Positions 10,613-20,255 of a stretch of DNA of 64,000 nucleotides are shown in pieces. Under the pieces are notes generated by a model. The model searched no databases. It was not told where the DNA came from and was given only the letters and a program-made list of their open reading frames with translations. Origin of the DNA: Candidatus Nomurabacteria bacterium (GTDB lineage Bacteria > Patescibacteriota > Minisyncoccia > Phycocordibacterales > UBA9973); NCBI GenBank assembly GCA_023267435.1, contig JAHFNH010000003.1:12717-76716 (forward strand), given 5' to 3'. Position 1 is the first letter of the stretch. Each line of letters opens with the position of its first letter. The position numbers and the translations under genes are program-made.

Positions 10613-11338
10613 TTATTCAGTAATAGGAAAATTTTGACCATTAATATCTTTCACTTCATCTGAAGCTAAGAAAATTATTTTCTTAGCTATTGTTTCTGGT
10701 TCGACTAATTTGTGATTTGGTCTATTTAATAATTTTTTCTCAATCTCTTCTTTGGGTGCAGTAATCCAATATCCAGCATTTGTTGCACTGGGAGAAATAG
10801 AATTAGCTCTACCAAACGGAGCCAAAAGTTTCGCATAAGCTTGAGTTATATTTATGACTCCAGCCTTGGCAGCTGAATAAGAAATAGCATCATAGTATCC
10901 ATTCAAACCATGTCTCGAAGCAATATTCACTATTACTCCACTTTTTTGTTTTTGAAATATTTCAATTGCATATTTAGAAACACTCATTACTGAAATTAAA
11001 TTTTGCTGTATGGATTTTATCCAAATATCAGCTGAACCATTCCATTCATCACCTTCTATATATCCTCCAGCATTATTTACTAAAACATCTATCCTTCCGA
11101 ATTCTGCCATTGTTTTATCGACAACTTGTTTTGCCTGATTTTCATCAATTAAATCAGCTTGAATAGCCATAGCCCTGCTTCCTAATGCTTTAATCTTCTC
11201 TATGACACTCAAGGCGCCATCTTTATTGTTTTTATAAGTAATAGCAACATCCGCGCCATTTTGCGCAAACATTACTGCTGTGGTCTCCCCGATTCCACTC
11301 GATCCACCAGTTATTAAAATGACTTTATTTTTAAACAT
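10613..11338 (-). CDS. SDR family NAD(P)-dependent oxidoreductase (FabG-like)
   Basis: ITGGSSGIG, LVNNAG, YSAAK catalytic motif. Confidence 0.92.
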   Translation of the reverse strand: MFKNKVILITGGSSGIGETTAVMFAQNGADVAITYKNNKDGALSVIEKIKALGSRAMAIQADLIDENQAKQVVDKTMAEFGRIDVLVNNAGGYIEGDEWNGSADIWIKSIQQNLISVMSVSKYAIEIFQKQKSGVIVNIASRHGLNGYYDAISYSAAKAGVINITQAYAKLLAPFGRANSISPSATNAGYWITAPKEEIEKKLLNRPNHKLVEPETIAKKIIFLASDEVKDINGQNFPITE

Positions 11339-11339
11339 G

Positions 11340-11585
11340 TTATTTATTTTGTATTAATTCTAATTTCTGTTCCCTGGTTAATCTCTTAATTTCCGCTTCT
11401 TTTTTTCGTGCTTCGTTTAGTGTAGGTAATTTTTCGGAATATTTCAATATTACCGGACGGCGGATTTTTGTGTAGTGTGCTCCTTGTTTCGAATTATTAT
11501 GCTGGTCTAATCTTTTTTCCAGATTGTTGGTGCAACCGGTATACAAACTTTTATCAGCACACTCCAAAATATAAACAGAAAACAT
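11340..11585 (-). CDS. GIY-YIG nuclease family protein (UPF0213/YhbQ-like)
   Basis: VYILECADKSLYTGCTNNLEKRLDQHN..GAHYT..RRPV. Confidence 0.9.
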   Translation of the reverse strand: MFSVYILECADKSLYTGCTNNLEKRLDQHNNSKQGAHYTKIRRPVILKYSEKLPTLNEARKKEAEIKRLTREQKLELIQNK

Positions 11586-12622
11586 TATTGTGTTGGTGTT
11601 GATATTGGTGTTTTTAAATATTTTTCAATATTCGCTTTATGTTCATCGTAAGTCACCGCGCAATGAGTCACATGATCTTTGTCATGTAAATAATACAAGC
11701 AATCAGTTTTGGTTGGATTCAACACTGCTTCAATGGCCGGTGTTCCTGGATTGGAGATCGGATGCGGAGGAAGGCCTGCATTTTTATAGGTATTGTAAGG
11801 CGAAATAGATTTTTTATCAGCAATACTAATAGGTGCCCACCAACCCTTACCCTTATCTCCTCGAACGTACTGTAAAGTAGCATCGACAGAAAGCGGAATT
11901 TTTTGATTTAAACGATTTAATAAAATACCGGCAATCAGTGGCATGTCTGCATCATTAGCCGCTTCCCTTTGCACAATCGAGGCTATGGTTAACCCTTTGG
12001 TCCATTGGATATTTTGAGCCTGAAAATCAGTCAAATAACCTGCAAAATTTTCATTAAATTTAGCCACTAATCTCTTAGCAACAGCCTGCGGTGTTTCGCT
12101 AACTGGAATCAAATATGTGTCAGGAAAATAAACTCCTTCAACATAATCATATTTTGTTTTTGTATAAATATTTATCCAATTTTTCTTTTGCAATTTTGTC
12201 CAACCTAAATTTACTGCGAGAAGATCAGCAATCTCTTCTTTACGTAATCCTGGAGGAATAACTACCCATTTCATATACGGCTTACTGTGAAGCATTTTAG
12301 AAACTTGCGCGAGCTTCATGTTTAAAGTTAGCTTGTATGCTCCGGGTATAATATCACCTTTAGTCTTAGAAAATATTGCAGTGAAATCGTCTTTATTTTT
12401 TATATAATTCTGATCAAGAAGATTTTGTGTTATTTGATCCAATGTCGCATTTAGCGGAACAATAAACCGATCTGGGGTAACTGTCGGAGTGATAACTGGC
12501 ACAGTTGGTGAAACAACTGGCGTTGTTTGCGCAATATTTTGCGCATTCACAGATAAACCACCCAGAAACATCAAGGCAATTAAAGGTAGTAATACAAGAA
12601 GATTTTTAAGTATTTTTTGCAT
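11585..12622 (-). CDS. mltG: Endolytic transglycosylase MltG
   Basis: EGVYFPDTY, IASIVQRE, DATLQY, SPYNTY, GLPPHPISNPG; start uncertain (12622-12667). Confidence 0.9.
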   Translation of the reverse strand: MQKILKNLLVLLPLIALMFLGGLSVNAQNIAQTTPVVSPTVPVITPTVTPDRFIVPLNATLDQITQNLLDQNYIKNKDDFTAIFSKTKGDIIPGAYKLTLNMKLAQVSKMLHSKPYMKWVVIPPGLRKEEIADLLAVNLGWTKLQKKNWINIYTKTKYDYVEGVYFPDTYLIPVSETPQAVAKRLVAKFNENFAGYLTDFQAQNIQWTKGLTIASIVQREAANDADMPLIAGILLNRLNQKIPLSVDATLQYVRGDKGKGWWAPISIADKKSISPYNTYKNAGLPPHPISNPGTPAIEAVLNPTKTDCLYYLHDKDHVTHCAVTYDEHKANIEKYLKTPISTPTQ

Positions 12623-12655
12623 ATTGTTTACAGTGTTCATTATACCAAAATAAAG

Positions 12656-12687
12656 CAAAATACTCACTTTTTAAAGTGAGTATTTTG
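12656..12687. terminator. Intrinsic terminator
   Basis: Inverted repeat caaaatactcactt...aagtgagtattttg downstream of the gene ending at 12704. Confidence 0.7.
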
Positions 12688-12703
12688 TGAGAGAAATTAT
12701 TTT

Positions 12704-13243
12704 CTATTGAACTGCATTTACAGTTGCTTTTGCATCTGTTTTTGTACCAATTACCTTAGTATCTAATTTCTTATTCACCTTTTTAGCTACATGTACAACC
12801 TCAACTTTTTTAGTAACCATTTTTACATTTTTAGCTGTCATAATATTTGTCGTCTTATCAAGATCTCCAGAAATAATAACTTTTTGTCCGACAATTAAAT
12901 CAGATGGCACGGCAACTGCCCCATCTTTCGTGTATACAGTTGAAGTATCTGTTTTAACTTCTACCGAAGTAACTATTTTTGTTTTTATATTTTTTATATC
13001 CACTGTAAAACCTGAAGTGTCTACAGCAGAAATAACTCCTACAATATTATTATCCTTTACACTTTTAATACCTTTTTCATTTTTGTTAACTTTTTCAATT
13101 TTTCCAGCTTTATGCTGTTTCTGGAAAGTTGGTTGTGTATCTTTAATACCTAAATCCTGTGGAGTTGCGGCAAATACTGCAGTACCTCCGACTAATAACG
13201 AAAATGCGAGTGCGCCTGTTGCGATATGTTTTTTATATTTCAT
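12704..13243 (-). CDS. Secreted DUF5666-like (OB-fold) protein
   Basis: Signal peptide; GVISAV...TVY......SDLIVGQKVIISG......TAKNV. Confidence 0.72.
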   Translation of the reverse strand: MKYKKHIATGALAFSLLVGGTAVFAATPQDLGIKDTQPTFQKQHKAGKIEKVNKNEKGIKSVKDNNIVGVISAVDTSGFTVDIKNIKTKIVTSVEVKTDTSTVYTKDGAVAVPSDLIVGQKVIISGDLDKTTNIMTAKNVKMVTKKVEVVHVAKKVNKKLDTKVIGTKTDAKATVNAVQ

Positions 13244-13267
13244 AATTTTTTTAATAAATTAATAATT

Positions 13268-13299
13268 TCCGCCAGGGGGCGGATCAGCCTGCTGGCTGA
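13268..13299. repeat. GC-rich twin-hairpin palindromic element
   Basis: tccgcc-aggg-ggcgga directly followed by tcagcc-tgct-ggctga, in AT-rich intergenic DNA. Confidence 0.8.
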
Positions 13300-13361
13300 A
13301 ATAAGCTAATAAATTTATACACCTTGACCTTAAGTATATATGAATATATTACATTCTATGG

Positions 13362-13378
13362 ATGAAGTTATCATGAAG
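13362..13378 (-). promoter_or_regulatory. Putative OmpR-type direct-repeat box (ATGAAG-N5-ATGAAG)
   Basis: atgaagttatcatgaag; 13 nt from a minus-strand TATATT -10 candidate; matches copies at 15033 and 39174. Confidence 0.6.
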
Positions 13379-14399
13379 AGATTGGCAGTGAGATAATCAC
13401 ATTTGTACCCTTATTTTCATGGCTTTTTATGGAGATAGTGCCTTTATGGTTTTCAATAATTTTCTTGGAAAGGGTCAGCCCTAAGCCCGCGCCATCTGTG
13501 TTTCGCGAAGCATCACCTCGAAAAAAAGGATCAAAAATCTTTTCAATAATTTCTTTTGAAATACCATAACCAGTATCGCTGATAGTAAGCACATATTTAT
13601 GTGAAACTATCTTGTCTGATATTGATATCGTTCCATTGGGTTCCGTGTATTTAATAGCATTGTCTAAAATATTATAGAATACGCGACCGAGATCAATTTT
13701 ATTTCCAAAGATATTTGCTAATGATTCCAAATTTGTTTCGATCTTTATTTCTTTCACTTGAGCTAAATTCTTATTTTTTTCCACAATAGATCTCACCAAT
13801 TCACCGATAGAAATAAGTTCGTATTCCATCTGTACTGTTGTGCCATATTTTGATATATCCAGTAAACTATTACTGAGTTTTGAAAATTCCCTCATTTCAT
13901 CCAAAGTATTTTCTAAAGTTTTCTTGGCCGAAACAAGATCTAGTTTTTTATTATTCAAATTCACCTCAAGACCGGAGATAACGACCGCAATAGGAGTGCG
14001 AAGTTCATGGGAAGCATCAGCGATAAATCTCTTTTGCTTTTGCATGTTCAACTTGATCGGCTCAAGTGTTTTATAAGTAAGCAAGAATCCTAATATAATA
14101 ATAAAGAAAATTAAAAGAGCGTCTATAGTCAAAAAACGATTCAGTAAAATATCTTGAGCTCTATCTACTATCACTTGAGCAATGTCAGGATCAGGTATAT
14201 TTTCAAAAATTGATGTGGAAAGATTTGAAAGAATCGTATTGTAAAGCATAATACTTGAACCGCCCAAAATAACTATTGCCGTAATGGAATAATAAAAAGT
14301 GAGTCTAAGTCGCGCTACGAAAAATTCGTCAATCTTATTATTAACCTTCCATTTTGTAACCGACTCCACGAATTGTTTGTATGATTTTTGCATTGTCAT
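13371..14399 (-). CDS. Sensor histidine kinase (two TM segments, HisKA + HATPase)
   Basis: DASHELRTP, NILDNAIKYT, DTGYGI, FDPFFR, GAGLGL. Confidence 0.95.
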   Translation of the reverse strand: MTMQKSYKQFVESVTKWKVNNKIDEFFVARLRLTFYYSITAIVILGGSSIMLYNTILSNLSTSIFENIPDPDIAQVIVDRAQDILLNRFLTIDALLIFFIIILGFLLTYKTLEPIKLNMQKQKRFIADASHELRTPIAVVISGLEVNLNNKKLDLVSAKKTLENTLDEMREFSKLSNSLLDISKYGTTVQMEYELISIGELVRSIVEKNKNLAQVKEIKIETNLESLANIFGNKIDLGRVFYNILDNAIKYTEPNGTISISDKIVSHKYVLTISDTGYGISKEIIEKIFDPFFRGDASRNTDGAGLGLTLSKKIIENHKGTISIKSHENKGTNVIISLPISS

Positions 14400-15009
14400 G
14401 AATTTTTTTTCTTAGATTTTTTATATGCACATCGACAGTGTTACTAAAAGACGAATCTGCAAAGTCCCATGCATGAGAATAAAGTTCATCTCGAGTAACA
14501 ACTTTGTTTAAGTGATGCATCAGATATTCGAGCACCATAAATTCTTTCAAGGTGAGAAAAACTAGTTTACCTTTATAAGTTACCGTCCTACTTATCGTAT
14601 TTATACTGATATCCCCAGAAGTAAGTATATCAGGAAAAGAATGTTTTGGACGTCGCAAAAGCGCATGAACGCGGGCCAGAAGTTCTTTAAAAGCGAAAGG
14701 TTTCGCTAAATAATCATCAGCACCGGCATCTAGACCAATAACTTTGTCATCTGTAGTATCCAATGCCGTAAGCATCAGCACGGGAATCACAATACCATTC
14801 TCCCGCCAATGAATACAAATAGAAACTCCGTCTTTCCCGGGAAGCATTCTGTCTAAAATCACTAAGTCATATTCATTATGATTTACCATAATTCTGCGCT
14901 CAGCAGCAATTCCCTCTTCGATCACATCGACAGCATAACCTTCCTGTACAAGGCCTTGTTTCAGATTTTCTGCCAATTTTTGATTGTCCTCAACCACTAA
15001 TATTTTCAT
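14341..15009 (-). CDS. OmpR/PhoB-family response regulator
   Basis: ILVVED, LDRMLPG, GADDYLAKPF, NTVDVHIKNLRKK, TIRGVGY. Confidence 0.96.
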   Translation of the reverse strand: MKILVVEDNQKLAENLKQGLVQEGYAVDVIEEGIAAERRIMVNHNEYDLVILDRMLPGKDGVSICIHWRENGIVIPVLMLTALDTTDDKVIGLDAGADDYLAKPFAFKELLARVHALLRRPKHSFPDILTSGDISINTISRTVTYKGKLVFLTLKEFMVLEYLMHHLNKVVTRDELYSHAWDFADSSFSNTVDVHIKNLRKKIHDNAKIIQTIRGVGYKMEG

Positions 15010-15032
15010 ATTTATATGATACCACTTTTAAA

Positions 15033-15049
15033 GTGAAATCTTCATGAAG
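15033..15049 (-). promoter_or_regulatory. Putative autoregulatory direct-repeat box of the response regulator
   Basis: gtgaaatcttcatgaag; 11 nt from a TATCAT -10 that sits 6 nt before the regulator ATG. Confidence 0.6.
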
Positions 15050-15067
15050 TATGCTACAATCTAATTT

Positions 15068-16075
15068 GTGTCACATAAAACTCAAGGTAAAAGATCGGTC
15101 ATAGCAGCGCTTTTGGGCAATATCTTTGTCACTTTTATTAAAACAGTGGTTGCCTTTTTTTCCGGTTCCGCCAGTATGTTCGCCGAAAGCGTGCACAGTT
15201 TCGCCGATACTCTAAACCAATCTCTTCTATTGGTCGGCTTAAAAAGATCTAAGAAACCAGCTGATAGTGATCGAGGTTATGGTTATGGTATTGAAAGATT
15301 TTTTTGGTCTTTGATATCAGCCTGCGGAATTCTTTTTATTGGTGCCGGTATCACTGTCTACCATTCAACAATTTCTTTAATCAATTACGACAGCGGTATA
15401 GTTTCTAGTTTTAGTTATTTTATTATTCTTGTTTTATGTATTTCTTTTGTTATCGAAGGAATAACTTTGTTCATTGCTTTCAAAGAATTAAAAGGCAGTG
15501 AAAAATTTTCAAAGAAAATTTTTCTTGACGCTGACCCGGTCACTCTCGCTGTCGTTTACGAAGATGGGGCTGCTGTCCTGGGTGTCTTCGTCGCCCTCAT
15601 TGCGCAGTTTTTAATGTATTTCACAGGCAATGGTATTTACGACTCGATCGCTGGAATAATCATCGGTCTCATTCTTGGATTTTTGGCAGTTCTTCTGATA
15701 AGGAAAAATCACTTGTATATCATCGGTAAATCTTTAGATCCAAAAATAGTGGAAGAAATAACAGAACTTTTATTGGAAGATCCTTGCATCGAAAATATTT
15801 CTGAATTTAAATCCGTCGCTGTCGACATCAATCAATACAGAATATACACCACCGTCGAATGGAATGGTTCCCCTCTTTATGAAGAGATCTACAAAGCCGG
15901 AGATTTGAGAGAAGAATTCGACGAGATAAAAAATGACTTCAGTGAATTCACAAAATTGATGTTTAAGATGACTGACCGTATTCCCCGCCTCGTCGGAAAT
16001 CATATAGACAAGATAGAAAAAAAAATTAAAGAAAAATTCCCTCAGATTTTATACGTAGATATAGAAATAAATTAA
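15068..16075 (+). CDS. Cation diffusion facilitator (CDF) transporter
   Basis: GSASMFAESVHSFADTLNQ, GYGIERFFW, EDGAA. Confidence 0.92.
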   Translation: MSHKTQGKRSVIAALLGNIFVTFIKTVVAFFSGSASMFAESVHSFADTLNQSLLLVGLKRSKKPADSDRGYGYGIERFFWSLISACGILFIGAGITVYHSTISLINYDSGIVSSFSYFIILVLCISFVIEGITLFIAFKELKGSEKFSKKIFLDADPVTLAVVYEDGAAVLGVFVALIAQFLMYFTGNGIYDSIAGIIIGLILGFLAVLLIRKNHLYIIGKSLDPKIVEEITELLLEDPCIENISEFKSVAVDINQYRIYTTVEWNGSPLYEEIYKAGDLREEFDEIKNDFSEFTKLMFKMTDRIPRLVGNHIDKIEKKIKEKFPQILYVDIEIN

Positions 16076-16510
16076 TTACTTCTTTTTAATTTGATTAATT
16101 TTATCTACCGAGAGCCATGCCGACATCATGCCGAATCCTGCTTTATTAATATCAAAGGGTTTTATCTTTTCAGGATTTTTCAAAAATATCAAAAGACAAT
16201 ATTTTTTATCCTTGAATAAGTTAAAGAAATATTTTATCTTATCTTTTTCAATTCCATCGTCTTTTCCATATTCGTCTAAAATATTTTTTACTTTGGCGGG
16301 AGTCAAATCAGAAAATGAAATAACTTTTCCAACCGTAGCTTTTATTGAAACTAATTCGCCGGAATCTTTAAAATAAACAGTGTCCCCTTTCTCAATCTTT
16401 CCCCAAGGGGAATGTTTTGTTTTATACCAGCGTGATTCTATTTTTTTCTGCCCAGAAAGAATCTTTTGAGTTAATCTCCACGATTTTTTCATTATTGCCA
16501 CGTGATCCAT
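16076..16510 (-). CDS. ASCH/PUA-like domain protein
   Basis: KILSGQKKIESR...GDTVYF (GxKxxExR motif). Confidence 0.78.
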   Translation of the reverse strand: MDHVAIMKKSWRLTQKILSGQKKIESRWYKTKHSPWGKIEKGDTVYFKDSGELVSIKATVGKVISFSDLTPAKVKNILDEYGKDDGIEKDKIKYFFNLFKDKKYCLLIFLKNPEKIKPFDINKAGFGMMSAWLSVDKINQIKKK

Positions 16511-16661
16511 ATGATGAATTATAGCTTAATAGTTGAAATTTATAAAAAAAATTTGCTATCTTCTTTACACATAGACTATTTTATGCTATTATTCGAATAG
16601 AGATAGTCTTGTTAAATAAACCTTAAATATCAGCCAAATTTTAACTTTTAAAAACTTAATA

Positions 16662-17186
16662 ATGGAAAATAATAAAAGAAATATAGCTAATGAATTAATA
16701 TTCAGTGAAGACGGAAAGTCTGTCTGGATAGAATTTGTGGATACAACTGAAAGTCCGTATTTTTATACTAAAGAGGAAGCGATCAGTTCTTTGATTGATT
16801 ACCGCAGACAAGGTAAAATTTCCAGAGTAGAAGAAGTTTCTTTCATAAAGAAAATAATTTTTTCGATAAATTTAAAATGGTCTTCTATTTCCAATATCAA
16901 AACCGTACTAATTTCTATGGGTATGACAGCACAAAAAATAGAAAAACCCTATTTCGATAAAGATAATGATGAACATGTTAAGCCACACGGTTATTTCTAT
17001 AATGGAGACAATCAAAAACTTTTTCCATTTGCAATTTATTATCAGGAACATGGACTATATCTCATAGACCTGCTTTATGAATCTGAGCAAATAGACAAAG
17101 TAACACGTAATCATTTAAAATTTTTCGTGAAAGTATCCAAAATTCCTATCAAACCGGAAAAACCAGTAAACCCACTATCAAATTAA
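16662..17186 (+). CDS. Hypothetical protein
   Basis: 174-aa ORF followed by a terminator; weak internal duplication. Confidence 0.6.
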   Translation: MENNKRNIANELIFSEDGKSVWIEFVDTTESPYFYTKEEAISSLIDYRRQGKISRVEEVSFIKKIIFSINLKWSSISNIKTVLISMGMTAQKIEKPYFDKDNDEHVKPHGYFYNGDNQKLFPFAIYYQEHGLYLIDLLYESEQIDKVTRNHLKFFVKVSKIPIKPEKPVNPLSN

Positions 17187-17215
17187 AAAGTCATCTTGCA
17201 ATAAGATGACTTTTT
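17185..17215. terminator. Bidirectional intrinsic terminator
   Basis: aaaaagtcatctt-gcaat-aagatgacttttt. Confidence 0.85.
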
Positions 17216-17230
17216 TTATTTGCTCAATTC

Positions 17231-17842
17231 TTATATTTTTCTTCCAATAATCTGCAACCAGTCTGTTTTACCTGACTTGAAAATATTTTCACAAACTATT
17301 TCCATATTTAGCTTTTGTAAATATTCTCTCAATTCTTCTGGACTATAAAAACTAAAAAATCTTTCATATTCATAACCATAATCATTTTCTTGTGTTACCT
17401 TCTCTTCAATACCATCGTCCTTAATTCCCTTAACTGCGATGTAAAGTATTCCTCCATCATTCAATCTAGATTTTAATTTTTCCAAAACTTCCATAGTTCT
17501 CGCCTTTGGTATATGCAATAGAACTGCCTGCGCAAAAATCCCATCAAAAGTTTTCGGATATTTATCTACATCATAAACATCAACCACATCGAAATCTAAT
17601 TCCGGCAATTCTCTTTTAGCAATCTCAATCATCTTTTCAGAAAAATCAATACCAGTAACTTTAAATCCTTTATTGGCGATATTTTTAGTTTTAATACCAC
17701 CTCCACAACCAACATCAAGAACACTTGCTCCTTGAGGAAGCAAAGAAGTAAAAGTATCTGTTCCCTCTTTCCACCAATCATCTTGATTGTGGTCTTTAAC
17801 CCAATCTTCAGCTATTTTATTGTATGTTGATTTTAAGTCCAT
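17231..17842 (-). CDS. Class I SAM-dependent methyltransferase
   Basis: VLDVGCGGG, GIDFSEKMI, FDGIFAQAVLLH. Confidence 0.92.
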   Translation of the reverse strand: MDLKSTYNKIAEDWVKDHNQDDWWKEGTDTFTSLLPQGASVLDVGCGGGIKTKNIANKGFKVTGIDFSEKMIEIAKRELPELDFDVVDVYDVDKYPKTFDGIFAQAVLLHIPKARTMEVLEKLKSRLNDGGILYIAVKGIKDDGIEEKVTQENDYGYEYERFFSFYSPEELREYLQKLNMEIVCENIFKSGKTDWLQIIGRKI

Positions 17843-17847
17843 GATTT

Positions 17848-18327
17848 TTATTCATTCATTCGTTCATGAACTCCTTTTAAAAAATCATCTGGTTTTTCTT
17901 TTAATTCTTTTCTTAATTCTTCTTCCGAGAACCATTTCACTTCTGCGACTTCATCCTCAGCTACTTTAAAATCATTAAATCCAGCCGATAATGTTAATAA
18001 AAATTCTTGAGCAAAATAATTATATTTAGTTTTCCTACGTTTTTTAATTCCAGTAATGGGTTTAATATCTTTTAATCCTATTTCTTCTTCTGCTTCTTTG
18101 ATTATATTTTCTTCGTAAGTTTCTCCCTTTTCGACTGTTCCAGCTACTGCAGGACCCCATTTATTAGGATCGTGTTTTTTATTAAATGCACGGCGGGCAA
18201 GTAGAATTTTGCCATTGGTATCAGTAATCCAAAGAGAAGAAACGCGATAAATAGCATTAACATCTCGATTGTCTCTTTCTCTAAATTCTATTATATTATC
18301 ATCTTCATCAACTATTGGTATTTTCAT
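17848..18327 (-). CDS. NUDIX hydrolase (IPP isomerase type-1-like)
   Basis: IVDEDD, LLARRA..K...PNKW, AGTVEKGETYEENIIKEAEEEIGL; start moved to ATG 18327 because the longer ORF overlaps a tRNA. Confidence 0.85.
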   Translation of the reverse strand: MKIPIVDEDDNIIEFRERDNRDVNAIYRVSSLWITDTNGKILLARRAFNKKHDPNKWGPAVAGTVEKGETYEENIIKEAEEEIGLKDIKPITGIKKRRKTKYNYFAQEFLLTLSAGFNDFKVAEDEVAEVKWFSEEELRKELKEKPDDFLKGVHERMNE

Positions 18328-18345
18328 AAAATGATTTAAAAATTG

Positions 18346-18416
18346 TTGCGAGACTTGGACTCGAACCAAGATAACCTCCTCCAGAGGGAGGTGTCCTACC
18401 ATTAGACGATCTCGCA
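18346..18416 (-). tRNA. tRNA-Gln(CTG)
   Basis: Cloverleaf tgcgaga...cctcc-ctCTGga-ggagg...ggttcgagtcc...tctcgca; CCA not encoded. Confidence 0.93.
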
Positions 18417-18599
18417 AAGTATTAAGTTTTAAACTGCTAATAAATATTGTGAATAATTTTACTTATGGTTGCGTTACTGCGTTTTGTACAAACCTACGGT
18501 TTAACAAAACGAGAGCCTCCTATTAAACGATCTCGCAATGTTTACCGAACTTCTAAAGATTACCGTAAAAACGGTATTTTTTCAAGCTAGTTTATTTTT

Positions 18600-20246
18600 T
18601 TACTTTTTAATACAAGCTTTGATAAAAGCTGTGAAAAGTGGATGCGGGGTCAGCGGGCGGGCTAGGAATTCCGGATGGAATTGCGTGCCTAAGAAAAATG
18701 GATGCTTGCTCTTTGGAAGCTCGGCTATTTCCATCAACTGTCCTTCTGGAGAACGTCCGGAGAAAACCAATCCTTTAGCTTCCAGAGCCTCGATATAAGC
18801 TGGATTCACCTCATAGCGGTGTCTATGCCTTTCTTCCACTTCTTTCTTTCCATACGCACTGCGAGCGACTGTGCCGTCTTTTATGATCGCCTTGTAAGCG
18901 CCCAAACGCATCGAGCCACCATAAGAATTATTTTTCAAATGTTCTTTCTGAGATTCCATCACGTCGATGACGATATTTTTCGAATCTGGATTTACTTCTC
19001 GAGTATTAGCATCTTTCAAACCTAAGACATTTCGAGCGTATTCTATGACAATCATCTGCATTCCATAACAAAGACCAAGGTAAGGAATTTTATTTTCACG
19101 CGCAAATTTCACAGCAGAAAGTATTCCCTCAACACCTCTCGCGCCGAAACCACCCGGCACAACAATGCCGTCATATTTTTTAAGTTCTTTTAGTTTAGCT
19201 GGATTTTTCTCATAGTCGACAGAATTAAGCCAAGAAAAAACCGGCTTCCTGCCTTGCGCATAAGCTGAATATTTTATCGCCTCAATGACAGAAAGATAAG
19301 AATCAGATAAAACGAAATCTCCTGTCTCGAAGTATTTTCCGATCATTGCGATCTTTACTATCCCTTTGCTGTTATGAGTTTTTCTGACAAAATTTTTCCA
19401 AGCATTCCATTTTTTTGCATCTGGTTTCTTACAAGTAACTCCGAGCAAACTGCAGAGTCGATCAGAAAGATTTTCTTTTTCAAAATTCAAAGGTATATCA
19501 TAAATAGAATCCACATCCGGCGCGGAAATTATTCTCTCCGGCAGAATATTGCAAGATAATGCAATTTTTTCTTTTCTCTTCTCATCAAGCTTTATTTCTG
19601 CGCGCGCTATCAAAATATCTGCTTGGATTCCAGAACCATTCAAAAGCCTTGAAGCGTGCTGGGTCGGCTTGGTTTTCATCTCGCCCACTTTCGAAGGTAT
19701 CGGCAGATAAGAAACCATCACAAAAATCACATCATGCGGATGTTCTATTTTCATCATTCTGGCTGCTTCCAAGAAAAGCATATTCTGATACTCACCAATA
19801 GTGCCTCCCACTTCTACGATCACGACATCTGCTTCGGCTTTCTTGCCTGCCTCTTTAATACGTCTGATAACTTCTTGCGGAATATGCGGAACGACTTCTA
19901 CGCACTTGCCTTTATATTCTAAATTTCTCTCACGTTCGATAACACTCTGATATACTCGGCCGGTCGTCATATAATTTATCCGAGTCAAATTCACATCGAG
20001 GAATCTTTCGTAGTTTCCCATATCCTGATCTGTCTCATCTTTGTCTGAAAGAACAAAAACCTCACCATGTTCTGTGGGGTTCATCGTACCGGCGTCGACA
20101 TTGATGTAAGGATCTATTTTTATAGATGTCACAGCAAGTCCGCGATTTTTCAAAATAAGTCCGAGCGAAGATGAAGTAATACCCTTTCCAACTCCAGAAA
20201 TAACTCCTCCAACTACAAAGATATATTTTGTATTTTCTTTTGCCAT
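18600..20246 (-). CDS. pyrG: CTP synthase
   Basis: GGVISGVGKG, KIDPYINVDAGTM, KTKPTQ, GLCYGMQ, ERHRHRYE, QFHPE. Confidence 0.98.
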   Translation of the reverse strand: MAKENTKYIFVVGGVISGVGKGITSSSLGLILKNRGLAVTSIKIDPYINVDAGTMNPTEHGEVFVLSDKDETDQDMGNYERFLDVNLTRINYMTTGRVYQSVIERERNLEYKGKCVEVVPHIPQEVIRRIKEAGKKAEADVVIVEVGGTIGEYQNMLFLEAARMMKIEHPHDVIFVMVSYLPIPSKVGEMKTKPTQHASRLLNGSGIQADILIARAEIKLDEKRKEKIALSCNILPERIISAPDVDSIYDIPLNFEKENLSDRLCSLLGVTCKKPDAKKWNAWKNFVRKTHNSKGIVKIAMIGKYFETGDFVLSDSYLSVIEAIKYSAYAQGRKPVFSWLNSVDYEKNPAKLKELKKYDGIVVPGGFGARGVEGILSAVKFARENKIPYLGLCYGMQMIVIEYARNVLGLKDANTREVNPDSKNIVIDVMESQKEHLKNNSYGGSMRLGAYKAIIKDGTVARSAYGKKEVEERHRHRYEVNPAYIEALEAKGLVFSGRSPEGQLMEIAELPKSKHPFFLGTQFHPEFLARPLTPHPLFTAFIKACIKK

Positions 20247-20255
20247 GAATAAATA

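Noticed and set aside
11340-16510. GIY-YIG and ASCH genes as an anti-phage defence system
   Set aside because: Both are small stand-alone members of common families, about 4.5 kb apart, with no defence-type partners.
18328-18417. N-terminal extension of the NUDIX ORF (MRDRLMVG...)
   Set aside because: It overlaps tRNA-Gln completely; the real start is probably ATG 18327.
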